A DNA stretch of 64,000 nt from Actinomycetota bacterium (GTDB lineage Bacteria > Actinomycetota > Actinomycetes > Nanopelagicales > Nanopelagicaceae). The notes beneath the pieces were generated by a model, which saw nothing but the letters and a program-made list of their open reading frames with translations, made no database searches and was not told the origin of the DNA. The stretch is taken from the NCBI GenBank assembly GCA_016870975.1, contig VGAE01000001.1, positions 69,637 to 133,636 on the forward strand, given 5' to 3'. Positions 32,524 through 47,803 of the stretch are shown here, one piece after another. Both the position numbers and the translations under genes were made by a program. Every line of letters starts with the position of its first letter. Positions within the stretch are counted from its first letter, which is position 1.

Positions 32524-33699
32524 CTACACCAACAATTCTCGCACTATTCGATCTGCTATCAAGCGTCCTTTCGCCGTAAGAACGAGGAGAGAATCACGCC
32601 AAGTTAAACTTTCGATATAGCCGGAATTCTTGAATTGATTCGCAATTTCCAGTTGTTTATCGGTGAGCCTTTCAAGTGGAATTCCTTCTCGAGTCCGAAT
32701 CCGTAACATTACAAATTCATCTCTCATGTTTTCTAAAGAGAGTACTTCGCTATCTTGTTCCGGCGATCTATTCTGACTAATCAACTCTTGATACTTGCGT
32801 GGATGTTTTACATTCCACCAACGCCTCCCCTCAATAAATGAATGCGCTCCCGGTCCTACTCCCCACCACGAGGAACCATTCCAATAAGCCTTATTGTGCA
32901 GACTCTCCGCGCCAGGGATTGCCCAGTTGCTTAGTTCATACCAATTAAATCCAAGACTTGTAGCTGCCGCATCAAATTGAAGATATTTTTCTGCAGTCTC
33001 GTCGTCTGCTGGCATTAGAAGTTCACCGCGCTTGATCTGTGCAGCTAATTTAGTTCCAGTCTCAACAATGAGCGCATAGGCACTTATATGATCAATTGGT
33101 AACTGAAGGGCCGCCTCAAAACTTCGTTGCCAATCTTGAAAGCTTTCACCCGGTATTCCGTAGATAAGATCAACACTTAAATGTTCGAAGCCTAATTTCC
33201 GTGCTAGTTCACAACTTTTGACAACATTATCTGGGTTGTGCGTTCTATCGAGAGTATTCAGTACATGCGGAACCGCAGACTGCATGCCAATAGAAATTCT
33301 ATTGACACCACTCTCCCTTATTGAATCCAAAAATGATTCAGTTATCGTGTCTGGATTTGCTTCAAGAGTAATTTCAGCATTGGGCCGAATCTCAAAAAGT
33401 GCTGATATCTTTGCGATTACTCGCGATACCTCTTGAGCTGGCAAAAGTGAAGGAGTGCCTCCACCAAAAAATATCGTCTCAACTTGAATCTTGCCCAATT
33501 TTCCGGAAGCTAGCTCAATCTCCTTTAAAGCAGAATCAATGTAGCTAGTTGTAATCCCCTTCAAATCGGGGGAATTTAATTCACTAGGCGTATAAGTATT
33601 AAAGTCACAATATCCACATCGTTTTACGCAGTAAGGAACGTGGACATAGAACGAGAGTTTTCTGCTCTCGTTATTTCTTTCCTTTTCCACCTTCGCCAT
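32524..33699 (-). CDS. hemW: Radical SAM heme chaperone HemW (HemN-like)
   Basis: [10 protein letters not shown] (CxxxCxxC) follows the [11 protein letters not shown]-terminus. The track ORF extends to 33750 inside lepA. ATG 33699 or GTG 33690 are more plausible starts and still overlap the lepA end. Confidence 0.85.
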   Translation of the reverse strand: MAKVEKERNNESRKLSFYVHVPYCVKRCGYCDFNTYTPSELNSPDLKGITTSYIDSALKEIELASGKLGKIQVETIFFGGGTPSLLPAQEVSRVIAKISALFEIRPNAEITLEANPDTITESFLDSIRESGVNRISIGMQSAVPHVLNTLDRTHNPDNVVKSCELARKLGFEHLSVDLIYGIPGESFQDWQRSFEAALQLPIDHISAYALIVETGTKLAAQIKRGELLMPADDETAEKYLQFDAAATSLGFNWYELSNWAIPGAESLHNKAYWNGSSWWGVGPGAHSFIEGRRWWNVKHPRKYQELISQNRSPEQDSEVLSLENMRDEFVMLRIRTREGIPLERLTDKQLEIANQFKNSGYIESLTWRDSLLVLTAKGRLIADRIVRELLV

Positions 33700-35539
33700 C
33701 CGAATTTGTTGAGAGGGCGGCAATAAAAGCTTCTTGTGGAACTTCAACACGACCCACCATTTTCATGCGCTTCTTGCCCTCTTTCTGCTTTTCGAGCAAT
33801 TTTCGCTTACGCGTGATATCGCCACCGTAACATTTAGCTAGAACGTCTTTGCGAATCGCTCGAATATTTTCTCTAGCAATTATCTTCGCTCCGATTGCGG
33901 CTTGGATGGGAACTTCGAATTGTTGCCTTGGAATTAATTCGCGGAGTTTTCCAGTCATCATGACGCCATAAGGGTAAGCCTTATCGCGATGGACTATTGA
34001 GCTAAAGGCATCGACGGTATCTCCTTGAAGCAGAATATCAACTTTAACTAAATCTCCCTCAGCCTCTCCAATTGGTTCGTAATCTAGAGATGCATAACCC
34101 TTGGTTCGCGATTTGAGTTGATCAAAGAAATCGAAGACGATTTCTGCAAGTGGCAAGGTGTATCTGATCTCAACACGATCTTCGGAGAGATAATCCATAC
34201 CTCCTAAAACGCCGCGACGAGACTGGCATAACTCCATGATGGTCCCTATGAATTCCGAAGGTGCAAGAATTGTTGCCTTGATAATTGGTTCGAACACTTT
34301 CTCAACTTTTCCATTTGGATATTCGCTCGGGTTTGTAACGATTTTTTCCTTGCCATCCTCTAGAAATGCTCGATAGACCACATTTGGAGCTGTTGAAATT
34401 AGGGAGATATTAAATTCGCGCTCCAATCGCTCTCGAACAATTTCCATATGCAAAAGTCCAAGAAAACCACAGCGAAATCCAAAGCCGAGTGCCGCTGAGG
34501 TTTCAGGCTCGTATACAAGAGCAGCGTCGTTCAATTGCAACTTATCTAATGCGTCTCTAAGCATTGGATAGTCATCACCATCAATTGGATATAAACCCGA
34601 GAAAACCATCGGCTTGGGATCTTTGTAGCCTGAGAGCGCTTCTTTCGCCGGATTTTGATAGGAAGTAACAGTGTCGCCAACTCGTGACTGACGAACATCT
34701 TTTACTCCAGTAATCAAGTAACCAACTTCACCTACACCAAGTCCAGAGCTACTCACAGGTTCAGGTGAAATAACTCCGATATCCAGTAATTCATGCTTCA
34801 CCCCAGTTGCAATCATCTGTATTTGTTCTCTGGGAGATAACTTCCCATCAAAAACTCGTACATAAGTCACAACGCCTCTGTAAGTGTCGTAAACCGAATC
34901 AAAAATTAACGCTCTTGCCGGCGCGTTTAAAGAGCCTTTAGGTGGTGGGATTTGGGCAACGATTTGATCTAGCAGCTCTGTGACCCCATCGCCAGTTTTT
35001 CCTGAAACCCTCAAGCAGTCAGAAGGTTCGCAACCCACCAATTTAGATAATTCGATCGCGAATTTTTCAGGTTGAGCAGCTGGCAGATCAATCTTATTTA
35101 GAACTGGGATTATAGTGAGATCATTTTCCATCGCCAAATAGAGATTTGCTAGTGTCTGGGCTTCGATCCCTTGAGCGCAGTCGACTAAGAGAATAGCTCC
35201 CTCACACGCAGCAAGAGAGCGAGAAACTTCATATGTGAAATCTACGTGACCAGGAGTATCAATCATATTAAGAATGTAGTCTTTTCCATCTATGCCGGAT
35301 TGCCAAGGCAAGCGGACAGCTTGACTCTTAATTGTTATGCCACGTTCACGCTCAATATCCATTCGATCTAGATATTGCTCGCGCATGTTGCGCGCTTCAA
35401 CAACGCCAGTGATGCCAAGCATTCGGTCAGCTAGGGTCGATTTACCGTGATCAATATGAGCAATAATGCAGAAATTCCGGATTTGTTCCGGATTTGTGTG
35501 CGCCGGTTGCGGTGCTTTGGCTAGAGGTATAGCGGGCAA
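33671..35539 (-). CDS. lepA: Elongation factor 4 (LepA)
   Basis: 622 aa with [17 protein letters not shown] and NKID GTPase motifs and the LepA C-terminal domain. Confidence 0.95.
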   Translation of the reverse strand: MPAIPLAKAPQPAHTNPEQIRNFCIIAHIDHGKSTLADRMLGITGVVEARNMREQYLDRMDIERERGITIKSQAVRLPWQSGIDGKDYILNMIDTPGHVDFTYEVSRSLAACEGAILLVDCAQGIEAQTLANLYLAMENDLTIIPVLNKIDLPAAQPEKFAIELSKLVGCEPSDCLRVSGKTGDGVTELLDQIVAQIPPPKGSLNAPARALIFDSVYDTYRGVVTYVRVFDGKLSPREQIQMIATGVKHELLDIGVISPEPVSSSGLGVGEVGYLITGVKDVRQSRVGDTVTSYQNPAKEALSGYKDPKPMVFSGLYPIDGDDYPMLRDALDKLQLNDAALVYEPETSAALGFGFRCGFLGLLHMEIVRERLEREFNISLISTAPNVVYRAFLEDGKEKIVTNPSEYPNGKVEKVFEPIIKATILAPSEFIGTIMELCQSRRGVLGGMDYLSEDRVEIRYTLPLAEIVFDFFDQLKSRTKGYASLDYEPIGEAEGDLVKVDILLQGDTVDAFSSIVHRDKAYPYGVMMTGKLRELIPRQQFEVPIQAAIGAKIIARENIRAIRKDVLAKCYGGDITRKRKLLEKQKEGKKRMKMVGRVEVPQEAFIAALSTNSDGEGGKGKK

Positions 35540-35560
35540 AGTCCGCCTCGATTTATCTTA

Positions 35561-35830
35561 TTAGCGGACGCCGGCCTTATTGGCGGCCTTGGCCATCGCT
35601 GACTTTTTATTGGCAGCTTGATTGGTGTGAACTACGCCTTTTGAAACTGCAACATCCAATTCACGCGATGCCGTCTTAAGCTCGGAAGCAATCACCTTGG
35701 CGTCCCCAGATGTTAAAGAATCACGAAAGCGGCGAATCGCTGTCTTGAAAGATGAGCGAACCGATTTGTTGCGAAGACGCGCCTCCTCGTTGGTCTTGAT
35801 TCGCTTGATTTGGGACTTGATATTTGCCAC
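35561..35830 (-). CDS. rpsT: 30S ribosomal protein S20
   Basis: 89 aa with the [16 protein letters not shown]-terminus. GTG start preceded by GGAAGG. Confidence 0.9.
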   Translation of the reverse strand: MANIKSQIKRIKTNEEARLRNKSVRSSFKTAIRRFRDSLTSGDAKVIASELKTASRELDVAVSKGVVHTNQAANKKSAMAKAANKAGVR

Positions 35831-35890
35831 GGTGCCTTCCTTGCTTTATCGAATGCGACCGCGCAGGGTATCAGAAGGCGATATCCCTTC

Positions 35891-36886
35891 TCAAACCGAG
35901 GCTTTCGCGCCACCTCTGGCAACGTTCTCAGCAATCGCTAGAACCGCTCTCTCAAGCGCAAAAAGGCCATCTACCTCGCCACCTTTAACACCTATATCAG
36001 CTTTGGATAATTCAGTGAATGCAAAGGTAATCATGCCTGGTCGCCACTTACTTAGCTGACGTCTTGCTTTATCAATCTGCCATGGCGCCATGCCAAGTGA
36101 ACCGGCTAGTTCAAAAGACTTTACATGCTTAGGAGCATCCGAGACTTTTGCAAGCGCTCTGACGGAACTTGCAATCGCAGAGATGATCATTATGGGATCT
36201 GTGCCTGATTCCAACGCATTACGTAATGAAATTAGAGAATTCTTTACATCTCCTAAAATAACTGCATCAGCTACATCAAAGCCAGTTGCCTCAACTCGTC
36301 CTTGATAGTATTTCGAGATATCACTCTCATCTATAGCGCTCTTTTTTGGGTCTGTATCTGAAGCAATCTGACTGCAGGCAGAAGCCAATTCTCGACTGTC
36401 GTTTCCCGTTGCATCTACTAAGGCGTCGATTCCACTTGGAGAAATTTTTCTTCCATGCCGTGCAAATTCACTCTTCACGAAGTCAGCTTTATCACTCGCT
36501 TTCTTAAGCGGTTCACAAAGAATGTACTCAGCCTTTAGTTTTTTTATTTTCTCAATCAAACCTTTACCTTTTACACCACCTGCATGAAGGAAAATAAGAT
36601 TTAGATTCGGTTCCACTTCAAATTGTTCCAAGAATTGCTGAATTTCCTCAGAAACTTCTGAGATTACATCTTGAAGATCTTTGATGACGATCACTCTTTT
36701 TTCTGAGAAAAGCGAGGGTGCCACCGCATCTGAAAATCTTCCAACTTCCAACTCAGATCCCATCAAAACGGTTCGCTCAAAATCGCTTCGCGCTGCAAGC
36801 GCAACTTCAAGTCCACGATCCGCCAACGCATCCTCTGAGCCGTGAATCAAAACTACTTCAGCTAATGCCAAATGATTTTCCACCAT
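35891..36886 (-). CDS. holA: DNA polymerase III subunit delta
   Basis: 331 aa. Conserved position between comEC and rpsT, and helical clamp-loader-like sequence. Called mostly from context. Confidence 0.75.
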   Translation of the reverse strand: MVENHLALAEVVLIHGSEDALADRGLEVALAARSDFERTVLMGSELEVGRFSDAVAPSLFSEKRVIVIKDLQDVISEVSEEIQQFLEQFEVEPNLNLIFLHAGGVKGKGLIEKIKKLKAEYILCEPLKKASDKADFVKSEFARHGRKISPSGIDALVDATGNDSRELASACSQIASDTDPKKSAIDESDISKYYQGRVEATGFDVADAVILGDVKNSLISLRNALESGTDPIMIISAIASSVRALAKVSDAPKHVKSFELAGSLGMAPWQIDKARRQLSKWRPGMITFAFTELSKADIGVKGGEVDGLFALERAVLAIAENVARGGAKASV

Positions 36887-37224
36887 TCTTTTCCAAGCCG
36901 TCGGGAAGAGAATACTGGCTTCTCCTGGCTACCGCTCCAGCCAATCGCGATAGATCCAAAATTATCAGTGCGCTGAACTATGCCTATTGACTCCAGTTCT
37001 CGCACCAGTTTGTCGTTAAGATGCCCACAAGAGTTGGGCCCCGCACTGATTAGGAATTGCTCGGCAGATGAAAATAGAGCCATTACTTGATATTTAGAAC
37101 CATGATGAGGGACCTTCACGATATCGATTTCTGAAAAATCATTTTTGCGAAGAAGTTCTTCCTGGGCGCCAGGTTCAATATTGCCAGGAACTAAAATTTC
37201 AATACCTGAAAATTCACACGCCAA
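36862..37224 (-). pseudogene. comEC: Remnant of ComEC/Rec2: C-terminal metallo-beta-lactamase portion only
   Basis: The 120-aa ORF matches the ComEC C-terminal pattern (VKVPHHGSKY...ISAGPNSCGHLNDKLVRELESIGIVQRTDNFGSIAI). An in-frame TAA at 37237-37239 and the leuS stop at 37276 leave no room for the roughly 600-aa membrane part or for comEA. Confidence 0.6.
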
Positions 37225-37275
37225 ATAGAGCCCTACTTAGCGCAACCTATTCGGTTAGCTCGCCGAATTGTGGAT

Positions 37276-39732
37276 TTAGAGAACGATATTTACAAACTTA
37301 GGTGCCTTAGTAATTACTTTCTTAGGCATAACGCCATTGATTTCTGTTTTTATAGCCGGGTCAGTAAAGGCCATCGCTTCTAACTCGTCATCTGAAATAT
37401 CAGGTTGAACATCAATTCGCGACTTAATTTTTCCGTTAATCTGGAATATCGCTGTTACTGCATCAGCAGTCAGAAGAGATTCATCAATCTTTGGCCAACC
37501 GGCTAACGCGACCGAAGGTTTGTGTCCCAATCTTTCCCACATCTCCTCAGCTGTATATGGAGCAATCAAAGAGAGAGATATCGCGATTGCCTCGACTGCT
37601 TCACGAACTGATGGATCTGCCGCGCCGCACCCCGAATCAATAGCTTTTCGCGTGGCATTAACTAGTTCCATAATTCGAGCTACTGCCACGTTGAAGCGGA
37701 AAGACTCAATAGCAAAAGAGATGTCGTGAAGCGCCTTGTGAGTAATTTTTCTTAACTCGATATCGCCATTTGAAAAACTGATACCCGGTTCACTTGCGAC
37801 ATCTCCAGATAAACGCCAAGCTCTATTAAGAAACTTAACGGAACCGGAAGGTGAAACATCTGCCCAATCAACGTCATCTTCTGGCGGCCCGGCAAAAACC
37901 ATAGAAAGTCGAATGGCGTCGACGCCATGCCGCTCAAGTTCGTCGGAGAGCCGAACCAGATTGCCGCGACTCTTGCTCATGGCCGAGCCATCCATTATGA
38001 CCATTCCTTGGTTAAGCAGTCGAGTGAATGGCTCATCGAAATCAACAAGTCCCATATCAAAAAGTGCCTTTGTAAAAAATCTAGAGTACAAAAGATGGAG
38101 AATTGCGTGCGTCACTCCACCCACATATTGATCAACGGGTAGCCAAGTCTTCACCTTTTGATCATCAAAAGGTGAATGTTGATTATTTACACTGGTGTAT
38201 CTAAGAAAGTACCACGAGGAGTCAACAAAAGTATCCATGGTGTCGGTATCCCGCAGAGCATTGCCGGTGCACTTTGGGCATTGAGTATTTACCCATTCGG
38301 ATGCAGTCGCTAGTGGAGAAATTCCCTTTGGTTTTAGGTCGACCGACTTTGAGTCGGGAAGCTTCACGGGTAATCGCTCGATTGGAGCAGGAACCTCTCC
38401 GCACTTTGGACAGTGAATTATTGGAATTGGAGTTCCCCAATAACGCTGGCGAGAAATCAACCAATCGCGTAATCGATAATTCGCAGTTGGAACAGCCATG
38501 TTCTTCCTCGAAAGTTCATCGATTATCTTGGAGATAGCGGCTGAGCTCTCCAGGCCACTGATTGAGCCCGAGTTAATTATCTTTCCGTTGCCTTCTGTCG
38601 CGATTCCGGTTTCGCTTGAATCAGATTCTCCGGTATCAACAACTACTTTAATCGGTAACTTCATGGTCCTAGCAAAATCTAAGTCTCGCTGATCATGTGC
38701 TGGTACCGCCATGATCGCACCAGTTCCGTAATCAGCAAGAACATAATCACTTGCCCAAATTGGAATCCGCTCGCCGTTTACCGGGTTGATGGCGTAGCGT
38801 TCTAAAAATACGCCTGTCTTAGCTCGGTCAGTTGCTAACCTATCAATGTCACTTGCCGAGCGCACCGATTCAAAATATTTGTTAAATGCAGATTCGACTT
38901 TGCTACTTGTAGCAAGTTCCCTCGCAAGCTCGCTATCCACGGCTACCACCATAAATGTCGCCCCGTAAAGCGTGTCAGGTCTGGTTGTGTAGACGATTAC
39001 CGGTTCGCTTCGGCCCTCAATTTCAAATTTGATTTCAGCACCGGTCGATTTCCCGATCCAATTTCGCTGCATCGTAAGGACTTTGTCGGGCCACTTTCCT
39101 TCAAGTTGCTTCATATCTTCGAGTAATCTCTCGGCATAAGCAGTAATCTTGAAATACCACTGATTCAATTTTTTCTTAGTTACAGAACTATCACATCTTT
39201 CACAAAGTCCAGCAATCACTTGTTCGTTCGCGAGTACGGTCTGGCAATCCGGACACCAATTGACCGCAGAATCTTTGCGATATGCCAACCCTTTTTCAAA
39301 TAATTTTAAGAAGATCCATTGGTTCCACTTGTAGTATTCAGCATCGCACGTATATAGAACGCGATCCCAATCAAAAGAGCATGCGTATCTACGCATAGAA
39401 GAGCGTTGCGTATTGATATTTTCGTAAGTCCAAATACTTGGATCTTCATTCCGCTTAATTGCAGCGTTTTCTGCGGGAAGACCGAATGCATCCCAGCCAA
39501 TCGGGTGCATGACATTAAATCCACGTTGAACCCAATACCTTGCAATCACATCACCAAGTGCGTAAGCCTCGGCGTGGCCCATATGCAGATCACCTGAAGG
39601 ATAAGGAAACATGTCTAAGACATATTTCTTAGGTCTAGCGTCGTCTTTTCTTCCGGATCTGAAGGGTGCTAATTCATCCCAGATTGGCAGCCATTTCTCT
39701 TGGACGCCGTGGATGTCATAGGCCTCATGCAT
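37276..39732 (-). CDS. leuS: Leucine--tRNA ligase
   Basis: 818 aa with a HIGH-type [13 protein letters not shown], a CP1 editing domain and KMSKS (AMSKSRGN). Confidence 0.95.
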   Translation of the reverse strand: MHEAYDIHGVQEKWLPIWDELAPFRSGRKDDARPKKYVLDMFPYPSGDLHMGHAEAYALGDVIARYWVQRGFNVMHPIGWDAFGLPAENAAIKRNEDPSIWTYENINTQRSSMRRYACSFDWDRVLYTCDAEYYKWNQWIFLKLFEKGLAYRKDSAVNWCPDCQTVLANEQVIAGLCERCDSSVTKKKLNQWYFKITAYAERLLEDMKQLEGKWPDKVLTMQRNWIGKSTGAEIKFEIEGRSEPVIVYTTRPDTLYGATFMVVAVDSELARELATSSKVESAFNKYFESVRSASDIDRLATDRAKTGVFLERYAINPVNGERIPIWASDYVLADYGTGAIMAVPAHDQRDLDFARTMKLPIKVVVDTGESDSSETGIATEGNGKIINSGSISGLESSAAISKIIDELSRKNMAVPTANYRLRDWLISRQRYWGTPIPIIHCPKCGEVPAPIERLPVKLPDSKSVDLKPKGISPLATASEWVNTQCPKCTGNALRDTDTMDTFVDSSWYFLRYTSVNNQHSPFDDQKVKTWLPVDQYVGGVTHAILHLLYSRFFTKALFDMGLVDFDEPFTRLLNQGMVIMDGSAMSKSRGNLVRLSDELERHGVDAIRLSMVFAGPPEDDVDWADVSPSGSVKFLNRAWRLSGDVASEPGISFSNGDIELRKITHKALHDISFAIESFRFNVAVARIMELVNATRKAIDSGCGAADPSVREAVEAIAISLSLIAPYTAEEMWERLGHKPSVALAGWPKIDESLLTADAVTAIFQINGKIKSRIDVQPDISDDELEAMAFTDPAIKTEINGVMPKKVITKAPKFVNIVL

Positions 39733-39741
39733 GTGGCAAGG

Positions 39742-40695
39742 TTACCGCCAAACGACTCCGGTTAACTCCTCACTCACTTGCCATAAATTCGAAGAAAGTT
39801 CTTGATCATATGCAATAGATCTCGCTCTAACTGCTTTTGGAAAACCTCGCATCTCCATAAATCCATCTGGACCAATATAAGTAGCTCCATATAAATCCGG
39901 GAAGGTAGCCGCACACAAGGTCGGCAGTGCTCCTCGTGAAGCCGACTGCGCAATAATTGAATTCATAAATGAAGTTGCACGCTCTTCCCAAATTCGCTCC
40001 CTAAATTGTGGACCGACAGATTGCAAATTTGTATTTGAGTAACCGGGGTGAGCTGCACATGCTCTAAATCCCCAGTTATTGGCTCGAGCCCTGCGCTCCA
40101 ATTCGAAGGTAAAAAGTACGTTGGCTAATTTGCTATTGCCGTATGCACCCCACGCAGAATACTTATTCCTCCCAAGGCAGATATCCTGAATCGCTTCCTT
40201 ATCACCAACTCCAAAATTTCCGGTTCTATGCGCTTGACTTGATACTGAAACAATTCGAGAACGAACGCGATTCCTAATCAAACCTGCAAATGCAAAATGG
40301 CCTAGATGGTTTGTCCCCATCTGCATTTCAAAGCCATCTTTGGTCATGAGCTTAGGAATAGCCATGATTCCAGCGTTCAAGATCAATACATCTATTTCTC
40401 CATTTAAGTTCTTGGCTGCGCGGCGCACGCTTTCTAGGTCAGTTAAGTCGAGTTCAAGGATCTCAATGCGTTTTGGGGAAAGTTCCGACTTAACTTTTTC
40501 CGCTTTAGAAAGTGACCGGGCTGCAATAATGACCGTGCCACCAGCTCTTGCTACCTCTCGAGCTGCCTCTTTTCCAATACCACTCGTTGCACCCGTGATA
40601 AGAAATCGCTTTCCTGTTTGGTCTGGCAGGTCCGCAGCGCTCCATCTTTTTGGAATTCTCTGAAGTGGAAGTCCATTTCTCGCACTCATTCTCAA
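39742..40695 (-). CDS. Short-chain dehydrogenase/reductase (SDR) family oxidoreductase
   Basis: 317 aa with TGATSGIGKE cofactor motif, NNAG-like LNAGIM and catalytic YGNSK. Its stop is 9 nt upstream of the leuS start. Confidence 0.85.
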   Translation of the reverse strand: MRMSARNGLPLQRIPKRWSAADLPDQTGKRFLITGATSGIGKEAAREVARAGGTVIIAARSLSKAEKVKSELSPKRIEILELDLTDLESVRRAAKNLNGEIDVLILNAGIMAIPKLMTKDGFEMQMGTNHLGHFAFAGLIRNRVRSRIVSVSSQAHRTGNFGVGDKEAIQDICLGRNKYSAWGAYGNSKLANVLFTFELERRARANNWGFRACAAHPGYSNTNLQSVGPQFRERIWEERATSFMNSIIAQSASRGALPTLCAATFPDLYGATYIGPDGFMEMRGFPKAVRARSIAYDQELSSNLWQVSEELTGVVWR

Positions 40696-40741
40696 CCGCC
40701 TTCTTTAACAATTTTCATAATTTTCTAGTTCTCAAAAAAAG

Positions 40742-40814
40742 TGGAGCTAAGGGGACTTGAACCCCTGACCCCCTGCATGCCATGCAGGTGCGCTACCAGC
40801 TGCGCCATAGCCCC
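40742..40814 (-). tRNA. tRNA-Ala (anticodon GGC)
   Basis: Hand-folded. Acceptor GGGGCTA/TAGCTCC with the G3:U70 Ala identity pair. Anticodon stem CCUGC/GCAGG with loop AUGGCAU. No encoded CCA. Confidence 0.9.
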
Positions 40815-40830
40815 GTCTTCTCACCTTACA

Positions 40831-41472
40831 TCAAGCGCCACTTTCTTCACCAAAGATAGGTTCTGGTAAAGATCCAGCATTATGTTCTACCAATATCCAT
40901 CCTGGTCGATGGTGTCCATTTTCCATAATTGACCAAGCCGCATTAGAGAGACCACCGATGGTTGCCCATTGATTCATTGGCAAACCCAACATTTTCCCAA
41001 TGATTATTCGCGCCGTGCCGCCGTGTGTGACGACGACTAATGTTTCAAGATTGGGTTCGATTGCTCTTTCGATTGCGGCTACCGCTCTCTCTGCAATTTC
41101 ACTTCTTCTTTCGCCAACTTCACCAGCCGGCTCATCATTGCCGTCAAGCCACGTCACAAATCTTTCAAAATCAACAGCGCGATTCTCCGCTCCAGTTCTA
41201 CCCTCCCACTTCCCACCGTTGGTCTCACGTAAACCGACATCTATCAGAACCTGTAATTTAGAAATCTCCGAAAGCGCCTGGGCCGTTTGTCTCGCTCTAA
41301 TTGAATCGCTGGAAACAATTTTCGATGGCTTTAACCCCATAAGTAGTGGCGCTGCCCTTCGTGCTTGAGCAAATCCGGTTTCATTCAATGGAATATCAGA
41401 ATGACCTTGAAATCTATTCTCTAAGTTCCAATCAGTTTGACCGTGTCGCCAGAGGACAATTCTTTGAATCAT
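40831..41472 (-). CDS. Histidine phosphatase (phosphoglycerate mutase) family protein
   Basis: 213 aa with the LWRHGQTDWN (RHG) motif and a second catalytic His (VVTHGG). Conserved downstream of rsfS-nadD. Confidence 0.85.
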   Translation of the reverse strand: MIQRIVLWRHGQTDWNLENRFQGHSDIPLNETGFAQARRAAPLLMGLKPSKIVSSDSIRARQTAQALSEISKLQVLIDVGLRETNGGKWEGRTGAENRAVDFERFVTWLDGNDEPAGEVGERRSEIAERAVAAIERAIEPNLETLVVVTHGGTARIIIGKMLGLPMNQWATIGGLSNAAWSIMENGHHRPGWILVEHNAGSLPEPIFGEESGA

Positions 41473-41846
41473 TTATCTTCTCCTCCGACATTTTCAATTG
41501 CTGAGATTTCAATTCTAGGGCAATCATTCCAGAGTCGCTCAAGCATATAGTAGTTACGAATCTCTTCTGTTTGAACATGCACAACCAAATCTTCATAGTC
41601 AAGCAAAATCCAACGGGAAGATTTTTCCCTTCGAACTGGCCGCTCATTTTGAGCAGCCAACTTCATTTCGATGTTATCTGCGATTGCTTCAATTTGTCGC
41701 TCGTTTTGACCGCTTGCTATCAAGAAAACTTCGCTTAGGACCATCTGTTCTGTTAAGTCAACCGCTACAAGATTCTTCGCCAACTTATCAAGTGCTGCAG
41801 CGGAAGCCCGCTCTAGAAGAAGCAAAGTCTCTCTACGAGGCGCCAT
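41469..41846 (-). CDS. rsfS: Ribosomal silencing factor RsfS
   Basis: 125 aa with the LLDYEDLVVHVQ...RNYYMLERLW motif. Confidence 0.85.
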   Translation of the reverse strand: MAPRRETLLLLERASAAALDKLAKNLVAVDLTEQMVLSEVFLIASGQNERQIEAIADNIEMKLAAQNERPVRREKSSRWILLDYEDLVVHVQTEEIRNYYMLERLWNDCPRIEISAIENVGGEDK

Positions 41847-42394
41847 ATAAACCTTTTGCTTTTATATAGGCGTAAACGTTAGCTGGAAGTTTCTCTGAAA
41901 CAGTTGCACGTTTGTCTATTAAACTTCTAATTTCAGTTGCAGAGATTGGAAGTGCATCTATTTTTATCGAGTTAGCCTTGATTTGAGAACCAATAAAGCT
42001 GGGTCCGGGGCGCTCAACCACTAAGAATTCAACGAGATTTGCCAGCTCTTCTATTTTGTGCCAACTAGATATTTGAGCAAATGCATCGCTACCAATAACC
42101 CAATGAAGATTGGCGCCCGGATGCTGATTTTGTATCTCGATTGCGGTATCTATCGCAAATGAGGTGCCAGGTCGATTTACTTCACAATCGCTGATTTCAA
42201 TATCTCGATCTTTCAAAGCTATTTTCACCATCTCAAGTCGTTCCTGGGGACTTGCGATTGCCTCCCGAATTGCGGGGTTACCAGCAGGAACAACGACGAT
42301 TGAATCAAACTTCTTTGAATTCAATAAGTTATCGATAACGTGGAGATGGCCCAAATGGATTGGGTCGAATGTACCTCCGAAGATTGCGCAGTTC

Positions 42395-42408
<14 letters not shown>
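41833..42408 (-). CDS. nadD: Nicotinate-nucleotide adenylyltransferase
   Basis: 191 aa with the GGTFDPIHLGH motif. TTG start. Confidence 0.9.
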
Positions 42409-45640
<3,232 letters not shown>

Positions 45641-45644
<4 letters not shown>

Positions 45645-46816
45645 GCGTTGCTCCGGTAAGCTGCTCTCGCTCTCTCGATTACTCGCTTAAGACAGGTATG
45701 GAAATAATCAATGTCACCTTTGGAGTTTTCTGGTGAGAGGGAGAATCTCAGAGAAGATCGCGCCTCAGGTTCACTTAATCCCATTGCCATCAAAACATGG
45801 CTTGCTTGCTGGACGCCTGCAGTACATGCCGAACCGGTAGAACATGCAATTCCTTCTGAGTCAAATAGAAGTAGTAGTGAATCACTCTCGGTATTTGGAA
45901 ATCTCACATTTAATATTCCAGGCAAGCGCTCTCCTGGACCTCCATGAAGGACTGCATCTGGAATATCGTTTTTAATGGTATCAAGAAGAGATTCACGTAG
46001 CGCCGATACATAAATTGAATTCTTCTCACGATTTCGATGCGCTGCTTGAGCTGCGAGTGAAAAAGCGATGATGGCAGGTGCATTCATGGTTCCACTGCGA
46101 ATATCACGTTCTTGACCACCGCCATGAAGAAGCGGCGTAACATCAAAACCTTTCTTCAGTATGAGAGCACCAACTCCGATCGGGCCTCCTAATTTATGTG
46201 CACTTATAGTCATTGCAAATAAACCAATTTCGGAGAAAGAAAGTGGAATTTTGCCGAAACTTTGGATTGCATCGGAATGAACTGGGATCTCGTACTTCTT
46301 TGCAAGATGGACGACTTCCCCGATTGGCTGAATAGTTCCTACTTCATTATTTGAGTGCATCACGCTAATAAGTGAAACTTCAGAACCACGATTTTCCAGT
46401 GCAGTTTCTAGATAATCCAATTTTAGGTAGCCCGAGCTATCTACTGGGACCTCGATAACTTCTGCGCCTTCACTCTCCGCTAACCATCGAATTGGATCCA
46501 AGATTGCATGATGATCGAATGTTGAGGTGATGATCACTTTTCGCTTTTTGTTTTCTGATAATCGGTGCCAATAAATACCCTTGATTGCAAGGTTATTGGC
46601 TTCAGTCCCGCTGCCGGTGAAGATAACTTCACTTGGTTCACATTCAACCAATGGTGCAATTCGTTCTCGAGCCTCTTCGACATTACGTCTCGCCTCTCGC
46701 CCATAGCTATGCAAACTTGAAGGATTTCCAAGAGCGCGCGCCTGTTCGACTAGCGCTTGTAGCGCTACTTCGTTTATCGGAGAGGTAGCGGCGTTATCAA
46801 AATAAACCCGAGGCAT
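45641..46816 (-). CDS. Cysteine desulfurase (NifS/IscS family)
   Basis: 391 aa with the PLP lysine motif [14 protein letters not shown] and active-site SGSACT-like STGSACTAG. Overlaps the mnmA start. Confidence 0.9.
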
Positions 46817-46848
46817 AGGGAGATTCTAAAACCTAGGTAGGACCGCGC

Positions 46849-47802
46849 TTATGAGCGTTTAGCTTTGATGGCTTCGCGAGCCTGTGGGAGCACCGCAAAG
46901 AGATCCCCGACCACGCCAAAATCAGCTAGATCGAAGATTGGAGCTTCTGGATCTTTATTGATTGCGACGATTGTTTTTGAGGTTTGCATACCTGCTCTAT
47001 GTTGAATCGCTCCAGAAATTCCACAAGCAACATATAACTGTGGTGAAACCGTCTTTCCAGTCTGGCCAACTTGATGAGTGTGTGGATACCAACCAGCATC
47101 AGTAGCTGCTCTCGATGCGCCGACTGCGCCGCCAACTAAGTCAGCGAATGCTTCTACTTCAGCAAAATTACCGTTTGTGCCACGGCCACCTGAGACAACA
47201 ATCTTTGCTTCAGTAAGGTCTGGACGACCTCCTTTAACAGGTGGCTGCGATGTGGAAATTTCCACCAATTTATCTTTGTCATCAATAGTAACTGAAGCTT
47301 TTTCGACGGTCGGATTTGCGGAGGAACTGGATGGCTCAATTGAGCTTGGTCTTACCGTAATAATTGAAAGCGGTGTTTTAAGTTTCGCTTTTACTGTAAA
47401 TGAACCACCAAAAACTGATTGAGTAGTACTGAGTTCAGATGAAACGTCAACTGCATCAGTGATAATTCCGGATTTGAGACGTACGGCTAATCTTCCGGCA
47501 ATCTCTTTGCCGCGGGCAGATGACGCAATAAGCACCGATTCTGCTGACTCTTTTTCAATAATCTGGGCGAGCGATGAGGTCGCCGCGGCAATACCGTAAC
47601 GACTGATTTCATCATTTTCTACAACGAGAACTCTTTCAAATTCCGTGCCATTAAGTTGAGTTGCGAGAGAATCACCAGTTCCAGTATTTGCAAGTAGAAC
47701 TCCGATGGCATTTCCGGCGCGCTTGGCAAATGTTGCTAATTCTGAGGCTGACTTGGCAACTTTTGTTCCATCATGATCTATCAAGACTAAATTCTTCGTC
47801 AT
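46849..47802 (-). CDS. etfA: Electron transfer flavoprotein alpha subunit
   Basis: 317 aa with the C-terminal FAD motif YVACGISGAIQHRAGM. Confidence 0.9.
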   Translation of the reverse strand: MTKNLVLIDHDGTKVAKSASELATFAKRAGNAIGVLLANTGTGDSLATQLNGTEFERVLVVENDEISRYGIAAATSSLAQIIEKESAESVLIASSARGKEIAGRLAVRLKSGIITDAVDVSSELSTTQSVFGGSFTVKAKLKTPLSIITVRPSSIEPSSSSANPTVEKASVTIDDKDKLVEISTSQPPVKGGRPDLTEAKIVVSGGRGTNGNFAEVEAFADLVGGAVGASRAATDAGWYPHTHQVGQTGKTVSPQLYVACGISGAIQHRAGMQTSKTIVAINKDPEAPIFDLADFGVVGDLFAVLPQAREAIKAKRS

Positions 47803-47803
47803 G

